This document shows positions 39,900-51,779 of a stretch of DNA of 64,000 nt, in pieces. Under the pieces are notes generated by a model. That model saw nothing but the letters and a program-made list of their open reading frames with translations. It was not told the origin of the DNA and did not search any database. The stretch spans positions 22,382,001 through 22,446,000 of the forward strand of contig JAQFVV010000004.1 of NCBI GenBank assembly GCA_028023455.1, read 5' to 3'. Numbering within the stretch: the stretch's first letter is position 1; every line of letters starts with the position of its first letter. The stretch comes from Epiperipatus broadwayi (taxonomy: Eukaryota; Animalia; Onychophora). A program made the translations under genes and the position numbers.

Positions 39900-42120
39900 A
39901 TTTTGCACAAATTAAAAGTGATTTTTACTAGAATTGATAATACAGGATGTGAACAAGTGGATTAAGGTGGACCACAGAGAATAAAGATAATATCTAAGAA
40001 ATATGCGGTACCAAAGAAAAATTAAGAATAAATGTGCACGAATGGCTCTAAAATTAAAAAATATAATTAAAAAATGTGTTTCTTAGCTACGAAACAAGAT
40101 CAGAAATAACAACCAAAACAATTGGGTCAAATTAAAGTACCAGAAGCAATTGGTAATATATTAAATAATGTATCTAAATTTATGGGCAGAGAAAATGCTA
40201 AAATAGAAACTGTGGCTGATACTAAAACAAAATTCGAGAGAAGATAGTATAATTGAGAAAATGACTAGAATAACTAATGGATTACCAAACATTCCATACT
40301 ACCATAAATGATACTAAAATATATATAAAAGATCACAACATAATTCTGCATAAAAGAAAATAAAGAAAATCAGATGGTGTTAATGAATAGGGAGAGTATC
40401 GAACAAAATTATTAGATATACAAAGTAAAAAACTTAAATATATAAATATAGCTTCATATAATCTTAAATATATGAAAAATAAATTTATTATAGCAATCCT
40501 TAGAAAGCACTGTGGTCAAGGTGGAATATTTTAAAATATACCCTTCTGATGCAATTATTCTAAAAATTTTCATGAACATAGGGAAAACTCCCCACTGAGG
40601 TTGATTAATGATTTTGGAAGAGCATACTTTTACAAAACAGCTAAAACCATTGCTACATGGATGACTAAAGATTTAGAACTTGGTGCATATTCAATCAAGT
40701 CATTATATAAATTTGTTAACAAAATTAAAAACACAAAAATAGATGTCAACAACAAAATCACATCATTCAATGTAAAAGAACTATATGGTTCAATGCCTAG
40801 AACAGAATCTATTGAAGTTACTGGTGAATTGTTGAATAGCACTAACTATGATCATAAAAAAAAAAAAGAAATTATTATAGACATACTAAAGTAGCTAAAT
40901 GAAGACCTTACAGCAATAGCAAATGGAAAATATTACAAAATAAACCATGGATGGTTTTAAAGGGGCTTCCCACTATTGGCATCATTAGCAGCCTATTCTT
41001 GGCAAAAATTGAAAATACCATTTCTAAGTTTGGGTCTTCAAACCCAGATATAATATATATTATATATGTTGATGACACCTTTATATGTTCAAAAGACATA
41101 TACATTAATAAAATATGGCAGGAATTAGAACGAAGTGTCAACACTTTCATGGACCAAAGAGACAGAAGACAGTACAGAGGAATTAAATTTCTGGATTTAT
41201 ATATCCAAAGATAATGCAACATGCTAGATTACAGAATGATGCTTAAACCTATGAACATAAGACAAACAATACACCCCAGATCAATAACCCCAATTTCACA
41301 TAAATACACTGGACTTAAAGGTTTTCTGCACAGAATCATGGTTTGTGCAAATTTGAATATAATAAAAAGAATAATATTGAAGATGATACAAAGGATCTTT
41401 AAAATATAAGGTACAATTACAATAAAATCATTCACATTATAAATAAGTTTCGCAACCCCTATCCCACTCAACAAGAGCCGCCTAAAAATGGATTAGTTTC
41501 CTTATATCCCAAAAGTTGTACATAAAAAAGATTTGTAAAGATAAATTCAATGTAGGCTTTTGGACCTCACCATCACTGAAGCAATTAGTTAACAATTCTA
41601 AAGACATTTTGTCAAACAAAACTGCCATGAAGTGGTCTATAAAATTAAATCCAACAAACCTGCATGCAACATAGCATATTATGGGGAGTCGAGAACCAAC
41701 CTTTCAACAAGATTGGCTCAACTTAGATATTTGAACAACAAAGTCCTCAAAAATAAACAATACCCATCAATATTGAGTGACCATGAACAAAAGACCAGTC
41801 ACAAATTCAAATTATCAAAAGAAAAAATTATATATATGGAGAGGATAGAAAGTGGAAGATTAAGTGACTGTTTTTCAATCAATAGAAAAGACATAAGCAT
41901 ACCACTATCAAAGAAATAGCTATTTAAATAAATTTTAATATTTTGAATAGCTAATTAGTTACTTATACATTAAAACCAAAAAATCTTAAGTCATATTATT
42001 ATAAGCCATAAATATTATATACATGTTATACTGAAAGCATGCTAGGTAGTAATAAAGCTGGATATTTTTTTAAAAAACTACCTTTTCTGTGGATGTTTTC
42101 ATTAACAGTTCTGTATTACA
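39900..42120 (+). mobile_element. Penelope-like family P2, plus-strand copy
   Basis: ITSFNVKELYGSMP; GLPTIGIISSLFLAKIE; YVDDTFICS; GIKFLDLYIQR; VYKIKSNKPACNIAYYGESRTNLSTRL; terminal repeat about 41920-42120. The 5' boundary is approximate. Confidence 0.92.
41995..42053 (+). ncRNA. Type I HHR-like fold with A3/U8 core (P2 plus copy)
   Basis: ATTATT ATAA GCC ATAAATA (42008-42014) T TATATA CATGT TATACT GAAA (42033-42036) GCATGC TA / GGT AGTAAT. G5 is mutated to A. Confidence 0.55.
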
Positions 42121-43336
42121 GAATAATTCATGTTTATACCTTTTCTAACAATAGAAGAATTTATAATTGGAACTTTACTATGAAACACAATGATAAAATT
42201 AACATTAGGCAATTATATCAGGGTATCTTCCTAGTCCAATCATTAATCTGCATGGACACATTACAGATATTAATTATTTGAACATTTGGGAGACCAGACT
42301 CATTTTATGATGCAAATATTATTTATCTAAGAAAAATATTGCTACATTTCATATGACAAATGTTGATTTAATTGAGACTGTTGCATTATTCCAACATAAT
42401 ATTGTTATCTAAGAAAATTTTCCAATTCATACAGTTCAGAATAAATATTACTTCGGAAAGAAAAATAAAGATGTTAGACATCTCCTATGATTCTTCAAAC
42501 ATATTATTTAAATAGCATTGAGTCTTCAAGTCATTCTTAAACAATCAAAGAGAGATTGATATCTCCATAAAAAACAAGTTATTATTCCTCTATTCAAATG
42601 TTATACAATTACATTTCACATAAAGTGCAAACAATTTTTGAAGCAAACTATGATCCTACTGCATAACAAATGTTGCCACAATTCTGTGCATTCTATTTAT
42701 ATACTGTACATATGTGTGAGTGTTATACATAATTTAACATATTTTAACTTTTGATCAGCATTTTAATTATTTGTAACATTATTTAATTTTATATAAAATT
42801 GCCATAACTATAGAATCTTAGAAAAAATGTTCTTCAAAATAACATTGTCTTTTTATATTAAAATAAACTCCATCTCATGGCTTTTCATTAAATAGATATG
42901 ATCAGAGTAATTTAAAATTTTGCTAGCAAATAAGTCATAAATAAATTAATAAAATAGTTATGTTTTATAAAAATACTACTATAGTTTGTTCTTAATATAT
43001 TTTATTATTAATAAATGATCAGTTGTAAAATAAAAGAAAAAAACAACTCTTTTTATCATCTGTAAAGAGAATTAGAATTTGAAAAATGCAATGAATTTTT
43101 GAATTAAAAAATGGAGCAAACACTTGTTAAACTATTTATTTTTGCTTCCAAAATTTGAAATGATTTAATATCTTAAATAATTTCTTTACATATTTAAAAA
43201 CAAAGTCAAATAATTCTTACATGTGAAGAAAAGACTAAATAATTTTGCAACTGAGAACAAAAAAAAAAAAAAAATTATTTAAATAAGAGATAATATTTAA
43301 AATACAGACATTCTTCATATACCTGGAGCTTAATTG

Positions 43337-43503
43337 TAAATATTCAGGATTTGAACATAGACTTTCAATCACCTTTCAACTATCCATATTATTCTATACC
43401 ACTAATACACATGACCATGTGTGTGGACATGTGTATCAGTGGTTAGGATAGTGTGGATAATTGAAGGGTGCCTGAAAGTCTGTGTTCAAATCCTGTATAT
43501 TTA
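43337..43503. mobile_element. Family F shortest copy (arms about 80 bp)
   Basis: CAGGATTTGAACATAGACTTTCA and TGAAAGTCTGTGTTCAAATCCTG; hairpin centre near 43420. Confidence 0.8.
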
Positions 43504-44653
43504 AACAAGAGATTAGCTAGTAATATTTTTGATTTAAAAGAGACAAAACTTTTGTGCTGAGGAAAACTTTCTTTTTAATAGGTCAATTGATATGTGAAAA
43601 GCAGGACATTATAGACACAATATGAAGATTATATTTAGGAAAAAAGTTATACAATATTTTAAAAAAAAATTACACAAAATAAAAATGGAAAAAAGTTTTA
43701 ATTTAAAATAATCTTTTTTGCCTCTATTGCCAAGCTAGAAAAGCCAAAATAAAGAAATAACTAGACAAAGTATAAAGGATGAAAGAGAAAGTGGTAATTA
43801 TTATTATATCCTCTCTCTACCAATCCATGAAAAAGCATAACTAGTATATATCTTATAGAAATATGTGAAGTTTTATGCACTTCTGAGTGCTTATTTTCAC
43901 TCAGCAATGTGACCTAGATTTCAGAACATATATATACATGACCAAGTGAAAAAGTATTGCGACACTTTCCAAATAGATCATGCTTTAATCCAAATCTTCA
44001 TGTTTTAAAAAGAAAATTAATTAGAAGTATAAATATCTGCTAGTTATTATAATGAAAATCTGTGAATCACAATGAAGAAAGCTACGAAAAATCTTCACCA
44101 CAAGTGGCATACTGTAATTTAAATATTTATCAGAAGAAAATTAATCAAGAATTGATTCAACTATATCCAGAAATATATATATAAATAAGCAACCAAAGAA
44201 AGAGAGCTGCCAAATGCACTAATAAGAAGGCCTAAAAAAATAGTTTTCACATTTTTAAAAATTTTATTCTATAAATATTGTAGTGGTTTTTTTTTTTTTT
44301 ACAGAATTAAAAATACTTTTTTAATTTTCATTTTTTTTTTTTGCTGATATGTATATATTTTACAGTATATTTGCTAACTAGAAAATAGTTTTTCTTATTG
44401 TTTTTCTGAAGGTTTGTGATGATGGTGTTCTAGCTGTATTTTTATATTGGACTATTTCCATCATCTAATATGTGTGTTGAATGTCTTAGAAAAGTTTAAT
44501 TTTTAGTTAAATATTCCAAATGCATTCAACTGTTAGTAATATCACAGAAAACAGGTTAGTATATGCACCAACTGTTAGTAATATCACAGCAAACAAATGT
44601 TAGTAATATCACAGCAAACAGGTTAGTATATGCACTAACTGTTAGTAATATCA

Positions 44654-44720
44654 CAGCAAACAGATTAGTATATACACGTTTCGAGAGGTATTTTTCTCCC
44701 CTCTTCTTCAGGTGTTGCTG
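44654..44720 (-). ncRNA. Type I HHR in the P1 left arm
   Basis: Minus strand reads CAGCAACAC CTGAAGA A GAGGGG AGAAAAATA CCTCTC GAAAC GT GTATATACTAATCTGTTTGCTG; core at 44705-44711. Confidence 0.65.
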
Positions 44721-45076
44721 GCCTGACCAGTGACAGTACTAGCATGGGATTCGAACCTGAGCCCTTAGAATCTTGATAATTGAATTTTAAGGTAATGCTC
44801 TAACCAACTGAGCCATCCTGCCAAAGGCAACAGTATGTAGTAATTTCATATACTTATCTGGGAAAATACAAAAATATTGGACAAAGAAGAAAAGGTACAA
44901 AGAAGAAAATTTAAAGAAGCTGCTCACATGACAATGGCAAAAAATCCCATTAGCCAATCTAGTGTGTCTATACATAATGTATGGAAACCACTAATCAACT
45001 TTGCTCTGAGGAAAAAGTGGAGAAATCAGGAGGAACCTCAGATAAGTATATGAAATTACTACATACTGTTGCTTTT

Positions 45077-45162
45077 GGCAGGATGGCTCAGTTGGTTAGA
45101 GCGTCACCTTAAAATTCAATTATCAAGATTCTAAGGGCCCAGGTTCGAATCCCATGCTAGTA
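45077..45162 (+). other. tRNA-like Pol III cassette inside the P1 terminal repeat
   Basis: A box TGGCTCAGTTGG (45084-45095), D-arm hairpin GCTC-AGTTGGTTA-GAGC and B box GGTTCGAATCC (45142-45152). Acceptor and T stems pair poorly, so it is not a functional tRNA. Mirror copy at about 44738-44823. Confidence 0.8.
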
Positions 45163-45178
45163 GTGTCACTGGTTGGGC

Positions 45179-45248
45179 CAGCAACACCTGAAGAAGAGGG
45201 GAGAAAAATACTTCTCGAAACATTGTGTATATACTAATCTGTTTGCTG
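45179..45248 (+). ncRNA. Type I HHR in the P1 right arm
   Basis: CAGCAACAC CTGAAGA (45188-45194) A GAGGGG AGAAAAATA CTTCTC GAAA (45217-45220) CATT / GTG..TGTTTGCTG. Confidence 0.65.
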
Positions 45249-45349
45249 TGATATTACTAACAGTTAGTGCATATACTAACCTGTTTGCTGTGATATTACT
45301 AACAGTTGGTGCATATACTAACCTGTTTGCTGTGTTTTACTAACAGTTG
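45225..45349 (+). repeat. 3 x 42-bp tandem repeat inside the P1 arm (mirrored at 44527-44677)
   Basis: Unit GTGCATATACTAACCTGTTTGCTGTGATATTACTAACAGTT(A/G). The left arm has three units plus one partial unit. Confidence 0.9.
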
Positions 45350-45555
45350 AATGCATTTGGAATATTTAACTAAAAATTAAACTTTTCTAAAGATATTCAA
45401 CACACATATTAGATGATGGAAATAATCCAATATAAAAATACAGTTTTTCTTATTCTTTATCAATAGTTAAATGTTTGTGTATATAATAAATCTATGCTTG
45501 TGCGTGGTTTTAAATATATGTATATTGCTTTTTTTTTTTTATCTTTTTCACATAT

Positions 45556-45628
45556 ATGTGGACATGTATATTGGTTATATTGGATAACTGTAGAAAGCTG
45601 GAAAGTCTGGGTTCAAATCCCCTATAAT
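45556..45628. mobile_element. Family F half copy (right end)
   Basis: GAAAGTCTGGGTTCAAATCCCCTATAAT matches the family F terminus. Confidence 0.75.
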
Positions 45629-47072
45629 CTTTTTTTGTAAATTAAATAAATTATTCATCTTACTGAAGCACCAGAAAAAAATAAACCTATATAGAAATAG
45701 TTGGCTATTATGCATGTATTTCCTTTAAGTGAAACATTTCAACTTTTAGAAGCATATCTATCCTATGTATAGATTAATAGTTAAATAATCAATCATTCAC
45801 ATGCATTTCACCAAGTTTTTGGCCTAGAGATGATAACAGCATATGGAAGGCTGAGAGGGTTTACTTCTCTATAGAATCAGTCAATGTAGCATTAATATAT
45901 GGTTACAGATAGAGATAATTAAATGAAATATCTAAATATTTATTTGGTGGGTGCCCTCTATGGTTTAGTGCAGTGTAGAATGTTAAACTTCTTGGACTCA
46001 TTCAAATTCTGGCATTTCTAGAGCTGAACTCAGGAGCAATTAAGCTATTCATTGCTTCATTTAACTGTAATAATTGGAGCATCAGTGTGAATCTGTAGTA
46101 CCATATATTCTGGCCAAAAATATATAAAGGTATGTAAGTATTACTGATAGTCTGACCTTTCTATTATTTATCTCTTAATTCTTCTCACCTCACATTTCAT
46201 TACACATAATTGATATTTTAACTTGGGGCTATTTAAAAATGTGCATTCATGTTTATTAGCACTCTTGGATCTTTTAATCCCTCAGATCATAGTGACCATT
46301 ACTATATATATATATTAACAAAAAATAATTTTGATATTATAGAAACAAATATTGAAAAGAATGGTGATATGTGATCTTTATGACAATTCAATAGCATCAT
46401 CATGCACAGATGCAATACCAGAAATGAAATGTCTAATAATAGCTCTCGCCCAAAACTATGATTAAATATCTGATTCAAACAAAAAACTCTTAAGTCAGGA
46501 ATCAAGCATCTGGCATTTGATATCAGTAGACGAAACCAAGAATGAATCTATGTCAGGAATCATACATCTACAATTTCAATTATTCTAGAGATTGTCTGAT
46601 ACAATATAGAGGATTACACAATTTATTAGTGCAAGGAAAACATGTACAATTAGTAATATGATTAGTATGATTACGCAAACTTAAGACTACCAAATTAAGA
46701 AATACTCCAAGTAAAACACAGTCTTCTTATCAAAATCACACTTCCTCCTCCAATTCTTACAATTCTATCAACAACAAATACTTCAAAATAATTTTTAAGA
46801 AAATATCATTATATTGTAATCTTAATTCCTTTATCAATCCTTAACAAAATTCATTTTCTCCCTAACATTTTACAATTCTGTAAAAGACTGTAAACATTTG
46901 AACACATTATAATTATAAAGACTTTGTAAACATTTGAACACATTATAATTATACTGTTCTGAATGATTGACCCTTTCACCAATATCAAACAAATGAAAAG
47001 TATTTCCTTGCTTCTCACTTCATTTCACATTCTTCGATATTTAAAGATGTGACGTTTTTTTCTTTCTAATTA

Positions 47073-47338
47073 AAGTAATAAAATAAAGCTGAACACTTTT
47101 GAGAGTTACAATACTCTCATATTCATGGCTGGGGTAAATTGTGAAGTGATAGAGTGAGAATGCACACAAGTATATATATATTATTTAAATTCAAATTTAT
47201 ATAAAACTAATTTTGCATAAATTTAAATTTCCACAACAATATTATACATTTACACACACTCTCATTCCAGAATTTACCCCAGCTATGAATATGAAAGGAT
47301 AATAACTCTCAAAAGCACTCAGCCTTATTTTGTTACTT
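47073..47338. mobile_element. MITE-like element with TIRs of about 68 bp
   Basis: AAGTAATAAAATAAAGCTGAACACTTTTGAGAGTTA..CATATTCATGGCTGGGGTAAATT (47073-47140) is complementary to 47271-47338. Confidence 0.85.
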
Positions 47339-47439
47339 CTCTTCAGGAGGGTATTAGTGCACGATTTAATCTATTCTTCAATATTGTGTTATCATGGGCT
47401 TTTAACATATTTTATTGAATATCAATGTCTTCATGCATT

Positions 47440-50003
47440 ATATTTAAAAATCTTTTTAAAAGCATAGAGCATGTTTCCCAGAATGAAGCAGGTGGGAATT
47501 AATCCCTTTGACTCATTCTATATTCAATGAAAATATAATTCGCCATTTGCTTCACTTTGACTACTTATCTCTTATGTTAGAACTGACATATACACAGAAG
47601 AAATGATTCGGTTTCCTCAAGATGCATTCGTATTGGTTAGATTATTTCCTAATCAACAAAATATATTTCTATCCTGATAATTCATCATATCATTTGAGTG
47701 ACACCTGGTGTAGGTTGGAATGGTCCCCTATTAAATAAAATATGTCAGATTTCCATTCTGGTGATTCATTACTATCATTTGGCTGATACAAACAGTTTGT
47801 CATGATGTGTTCTTTATCTGACAGTAGAAATTATTATTCTTTCATGCTTATGGCATTTGCTTTCAATAATAGACTGTAACAAAATTTGAATTCATTATAA
47901 GTTATGACTAAAATATTTTTATCTTTAGATCAGTGATAATGGTCTATAAATAATTTGTGCCCAGTATCTTGTCAATGGTTTAAGAATTATGGAATGTAAA
48001 AAGATTTTATTTTCATACATTACAAATGCACAGAATGGACATTGTGTTTGAACATATTCCAGATTAATAAAATGCAAAGCAACAGACCTATTCCTGAATC
48101 CATATAAATAATGCATATATCAGATAGGCTCTTTCTGTATGACTGAGGTACTACAATTTTCCATACACTTTTTTTTAATTCTGTAGTCATGAGCAAATAG
48201 TTGGGTAATCCATTTCAATATTTAGAATGATAATCATTACATTAACTATTTTGACTTACTTTGTCAATATCCTTTAATTTATTCACAGCCAGATTCAAGC
48301 TCAAAATGTTAACATCATTACCTCAAAAATGATGCAGGGCAAGTTGCATTAAATTGCGAGTCAAGATATCTGCCACAATATTTTCCAATTCTGGATAGTG
48401 CTTAATGGTGTAATTGAATTCTAGAATAAGTTCCAGTGAACTAATTGGCTACTGGATGAATAAGTTGTAATTCAAGAATTCAAGACTCATGTGATTATAA
48501 GCATTGTCCAAACTTCTGAGAAGCCCAAATGAGCTAAGGCTTCCTTCTCCATCAAAGTATAATTTAACACTGGGCCTCACAATAGCTTACTGGGTCTCAT
48601 AATAGGCTACTGATAGAGAAATCTGGATCAATCATCCTTCTGAATTTGGAAATACATTCCCAATCTATAACTATGGTAATCCTTTTATTTTTTCAAAGTC
48701 ATCATTGTACTTGAAAGTTCACTTCCAAAGAGCATCTTTATTATTAATTGCAGCATAAAAGATTTCACGTCCTTTGCAAACTTTTTATAAAATGATTATA
48801 AAAATAACTACCTTATTCTCAACATATAAAATTGTTATCATGAACTTGTCTTGATGTGGTCTATATGGCCACACTTGCTTCCTTACTCTTTACATAGGAA
48901 ATCCTTTTATTTTCATGATCCCATTTGGATGTATTTGCAAACTTCTTGTTCCCACAATGTAATTTAAAAATAGCAACTCATAGGTCATTAGTGTATTTCT
49001 TTAAATTTATCTTTGATTTTTTTCTCCAATATGACAAAAAAATATCTTGTCACTACAGTACTTTTCTTGAATTTTAGCATAATTACTTGGTCTTAGCACT
49101 CTTAAAATACATTTAAAGGTTGCATGTGCTCACTTAAATCTTGGAATGCACTTACTATATTATCTATGAATATAATATTAAAGTTTTTTTATTTTAGGCA
49201 AAGTTAATTTGGACCAAGCATCGAAATGTTAGTTCCACTGTTCATTAGTCCAAAGAGCATTCTGTAGAATTGATAAGAATACCAGCATATTAGAATACTT
49301 TGCACTTCTGATGTTCTAAAGATATAGCCTCATTTGCTACTAGTTTAATGGTCTAGCATAATGATTTTATTTGACTGTTTAGCATCTAAGAATAATCTAA
49401 CTGATCTTTTTTCTTTTTCTAGGATGGCAACTGGATTGTTGCAAAGGAATGAGAACGTGGATACTATCTTACACTCAATTATCTTATCAATCTCATTATT
49501 TAACTTTATACTGATGTAAACCAGAAGACTAGTTCTGCATGCAGTTAATTTTAGTAAAGCATATAATCTAGAAGATATTCATAACAAATCACATGAAATT
49601 TCTCGTAAACTAAATGATTTTAAGCATATCCAAGAATGACTTTATATATAGTCCAGTCACGATGAAAATATCTACTTGGTCCTTTTTAATTTTCCTGAAA
49701 TTGGCCAGTTACCTGAATAAATTTTTAATTGCATAGTATTTTGGGATTCTGAGTAAAGTGTGAATGAATATTTATTCAGTTATTACCAATCTCCAAAATT
49801 TGACTTACAAGAATTAAACTTGATGCATCCACTTCAGATTCCTAGCCCAAATATTAACTTTAAATCTCAATTTTGGGATTCTGAATAAAATGTGAATGAA
49901 TATTTTTTCAGTTATTACCAATCTCCACAATTTGACTTACAAGAATTAAACTTGATGCATCCACTTCAGATTACTAGCCCAAATATTAACTTTAAATCTC
50001 AAT
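47440..50003 (-). mobile_element. Ty3/gypsy LTR retrotransposon pol remnant (RT, RNase H, integrase)
   Basis: Minus strand: NEIDKIIECKIV..NNPVAILEK; YQFYRMLFGLMNSG (about 49234-49276); FIDNIVMHSK; NYTLMEKEALA (about 48533-48570); IKHYPELENIVADILTR (48356-48406); WKIVVPQSYRK (48131-48163). Gypsy domain order; LTRs not identified. Confidence 0.85.
49739..50003. repeat. Tandem duplication, 2 x about 132 bp, near-identical
   Basis: Units start TTTTGGGATTCTGA at about 49739 and 49871 and end CTTTAAATCTCAA. Confidence 0.92.
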
Positions 50004-50267
50004 TAATACATATTTTTTTAATAAAATGTAAGTACACAGACTAATTTATCTCTTTTTCTGATTCTTCAGATTCATCAACACTTCAAAAATGATTCTTTCC
50101 ATTATTATTTTTATCCTGGGTGAACTCTGAAGAGCAAATTGAAGAATGCAGTCCTCCCATTCACAATATTTAATAATGTGCATTCTCCTCCTCTCCCCAC
50201 AATCTTATGTAGAAATGCAACAAGTTGCTGATGGGTTTCTATCTCATCTGAAAATGTTCCTTTAGAT

Positions 50268-50679
50268 CAGGGATTCCCGACCTTTTTGGTCCTTGTACAC
50301 CCTACTCATTATCATAAAAAATAAGCAGTTAAAGAATCTACTATGCAGTATGTCTCATGTATTTGCAGGAGGCAAATCTCAAGAGATGCCGATCGGGCAA
50401 TTTCATTAGCTATCTTGAATATTATCCAGCATTTTGGATTATTAAGCCCTGCAGTAAGAAAAATGTCTATGCAATCTCACTATGTCCATGTCTAAAAAGA
50501 GACCGAAATGTTGCTGGTGTGGCTGAGTGACAATACTAACATGGAATATCCTGAAATATTGATAACAACTATTTTTGGATTACTAATCTAATATACCTAT
50601 TTACCTGTTGTTCGCCATATCCCCATACAAGCTTTACATATATCCTGGAGGTACAGGTGCCCCAAATTGAAAATCCATG
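50268..50679. mobile_element. hAT (Charlie-like) MITE
   Basis: Termini CAGGGATTCCCGACC and AATTGAAAATCCATG with subterminal TGTAC(A/C)CC. 8-bp TSD CTTTAGAT (50260-50267) / CCTTAGAT (50680-50687), fitting the NTCTAGAN preference. Confidence 0.7.
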
Positions 50680-51439
50680 CCTTAGATTATCCTTGTTCTT
50701 TTAGGATTTGTAATAACCTATCTCTTTTTTCTATTTCCATGGGCTAGATTAGCCCTGGTATTTCTTGATCATGCAATTTATGTTGCTGCCATCCTTGGGT
50801 TTAAATGATCTGTTGTTTTGAAAATGGCAGATACAAGTTCCCTCTATCTAGTCTTTCTTGCATTTTATTGCTCATGTCCAGGGAGTTTAGGAACTTCATT
50901 ATGTGAACAATCTTACTTTTCTATTTATGCTCATCGCCATCTGATCTGTGTGTGATCTGTACATTAAACTGTCCCTCATGACCATGATTCTTTGTCCCTT
51001 AGACAAAGCATATGCTGTTAGAGCTTTTGACTTTGATATTAGTTATTAAAAAAAAATCTAGCTCTCTCCACCTCCTATATTTTATTCTTCCTGCGACCCT
51101 TGGTGCCATATACTATTTCAATATAACCCTCTTGCATCCTTTAAAAAATGACTCGATTTCAGAGATAAGAAATTCCACAAGTAACAGAATTCTCCCTGTA
51201 AAGGTGATTATAATTAATTTCTGTCCTCATTCAACCGGAATAAAAAAAAATAACAGAGTGTCAAGGGTATTTACCCTACATAACCCTTGAATATCTTGAT
51301 TGTTAAAAATCTATGTACTATACTTGATAAAGTTCTCGTTATCTTGAACATGTCGATTGTAAGCGAATTCTTCTATTCTTGATATTTTCATGCCATATAA
51401 TGCAAACTTAACCAATAAGTACCAAATGATAGTGCTTAG

Positions 51440-51515
51440 TAAATCCTTAACCAGTGCTAGCTTATCCAAATATCCGCAGACTAGTTTCTACCTTGACTTT
51501 TATCAGTGAAGCAGT
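51440..51515 (-). mobile_element. Family R fragment with a degenerate HHR
   Basis: Minus strand reads CTTCA CTGATAA AAGTCAAGGTA GAAACTAGTC TGCGGATATTTGGAT. Confidence 0.7.
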
Positions 51516-51779
51516 TTTTAAATTTTTTGAATGGACCTTTTTGGGGTCTAATGTACTTTTCCTCAAATAGTCATTATTTATTTGTTATATTATTAAAAAT
51601 AGTAAAAATAGTAAAAGGCTCATATTTCTTTCAAACTCATTTCCAATTCCTTAAAATCACCATTTCTTGTAATATTTCCACCTCTTAATAGACTTTCATT
51701 GATTTTACATATATTTATTTAAATGCTCAGCTATCATTGAATTGTCTTCCCAATCTCCCTAAATTTGAATGACCATTCA

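Larger units (their letters stand above)
44400..45441. mobile_element. Miniature P1 Penelope insertion: two inverted terminal repeats around the last about 64 codons of the ORF
   Basis: Arms 44400-44859 and about 45039-45441. The spacer encodes WENTKILDKEEKVQRRKFKEAAHMTMAKNPISQSSVSIHNVWKPLINFALRKKWRNQEEPQISI*. Perfect 13-bp TSD AGTTTTTCTTATT (44387-44399 and 45442-45454). Confidence 0.92.

Noticed and set aside
44527-44677. 42-bp repeats as a CRISPR array
   Set aside because: The repeats are contiguous with no unique spacers, and the context is a eukaryotic retroelement.
45077-45162. Functional tRNA gene
   Set aside because: The acceptor, anticodon and T stems do not pair properly; only the D arm and promoter boxes are intact.
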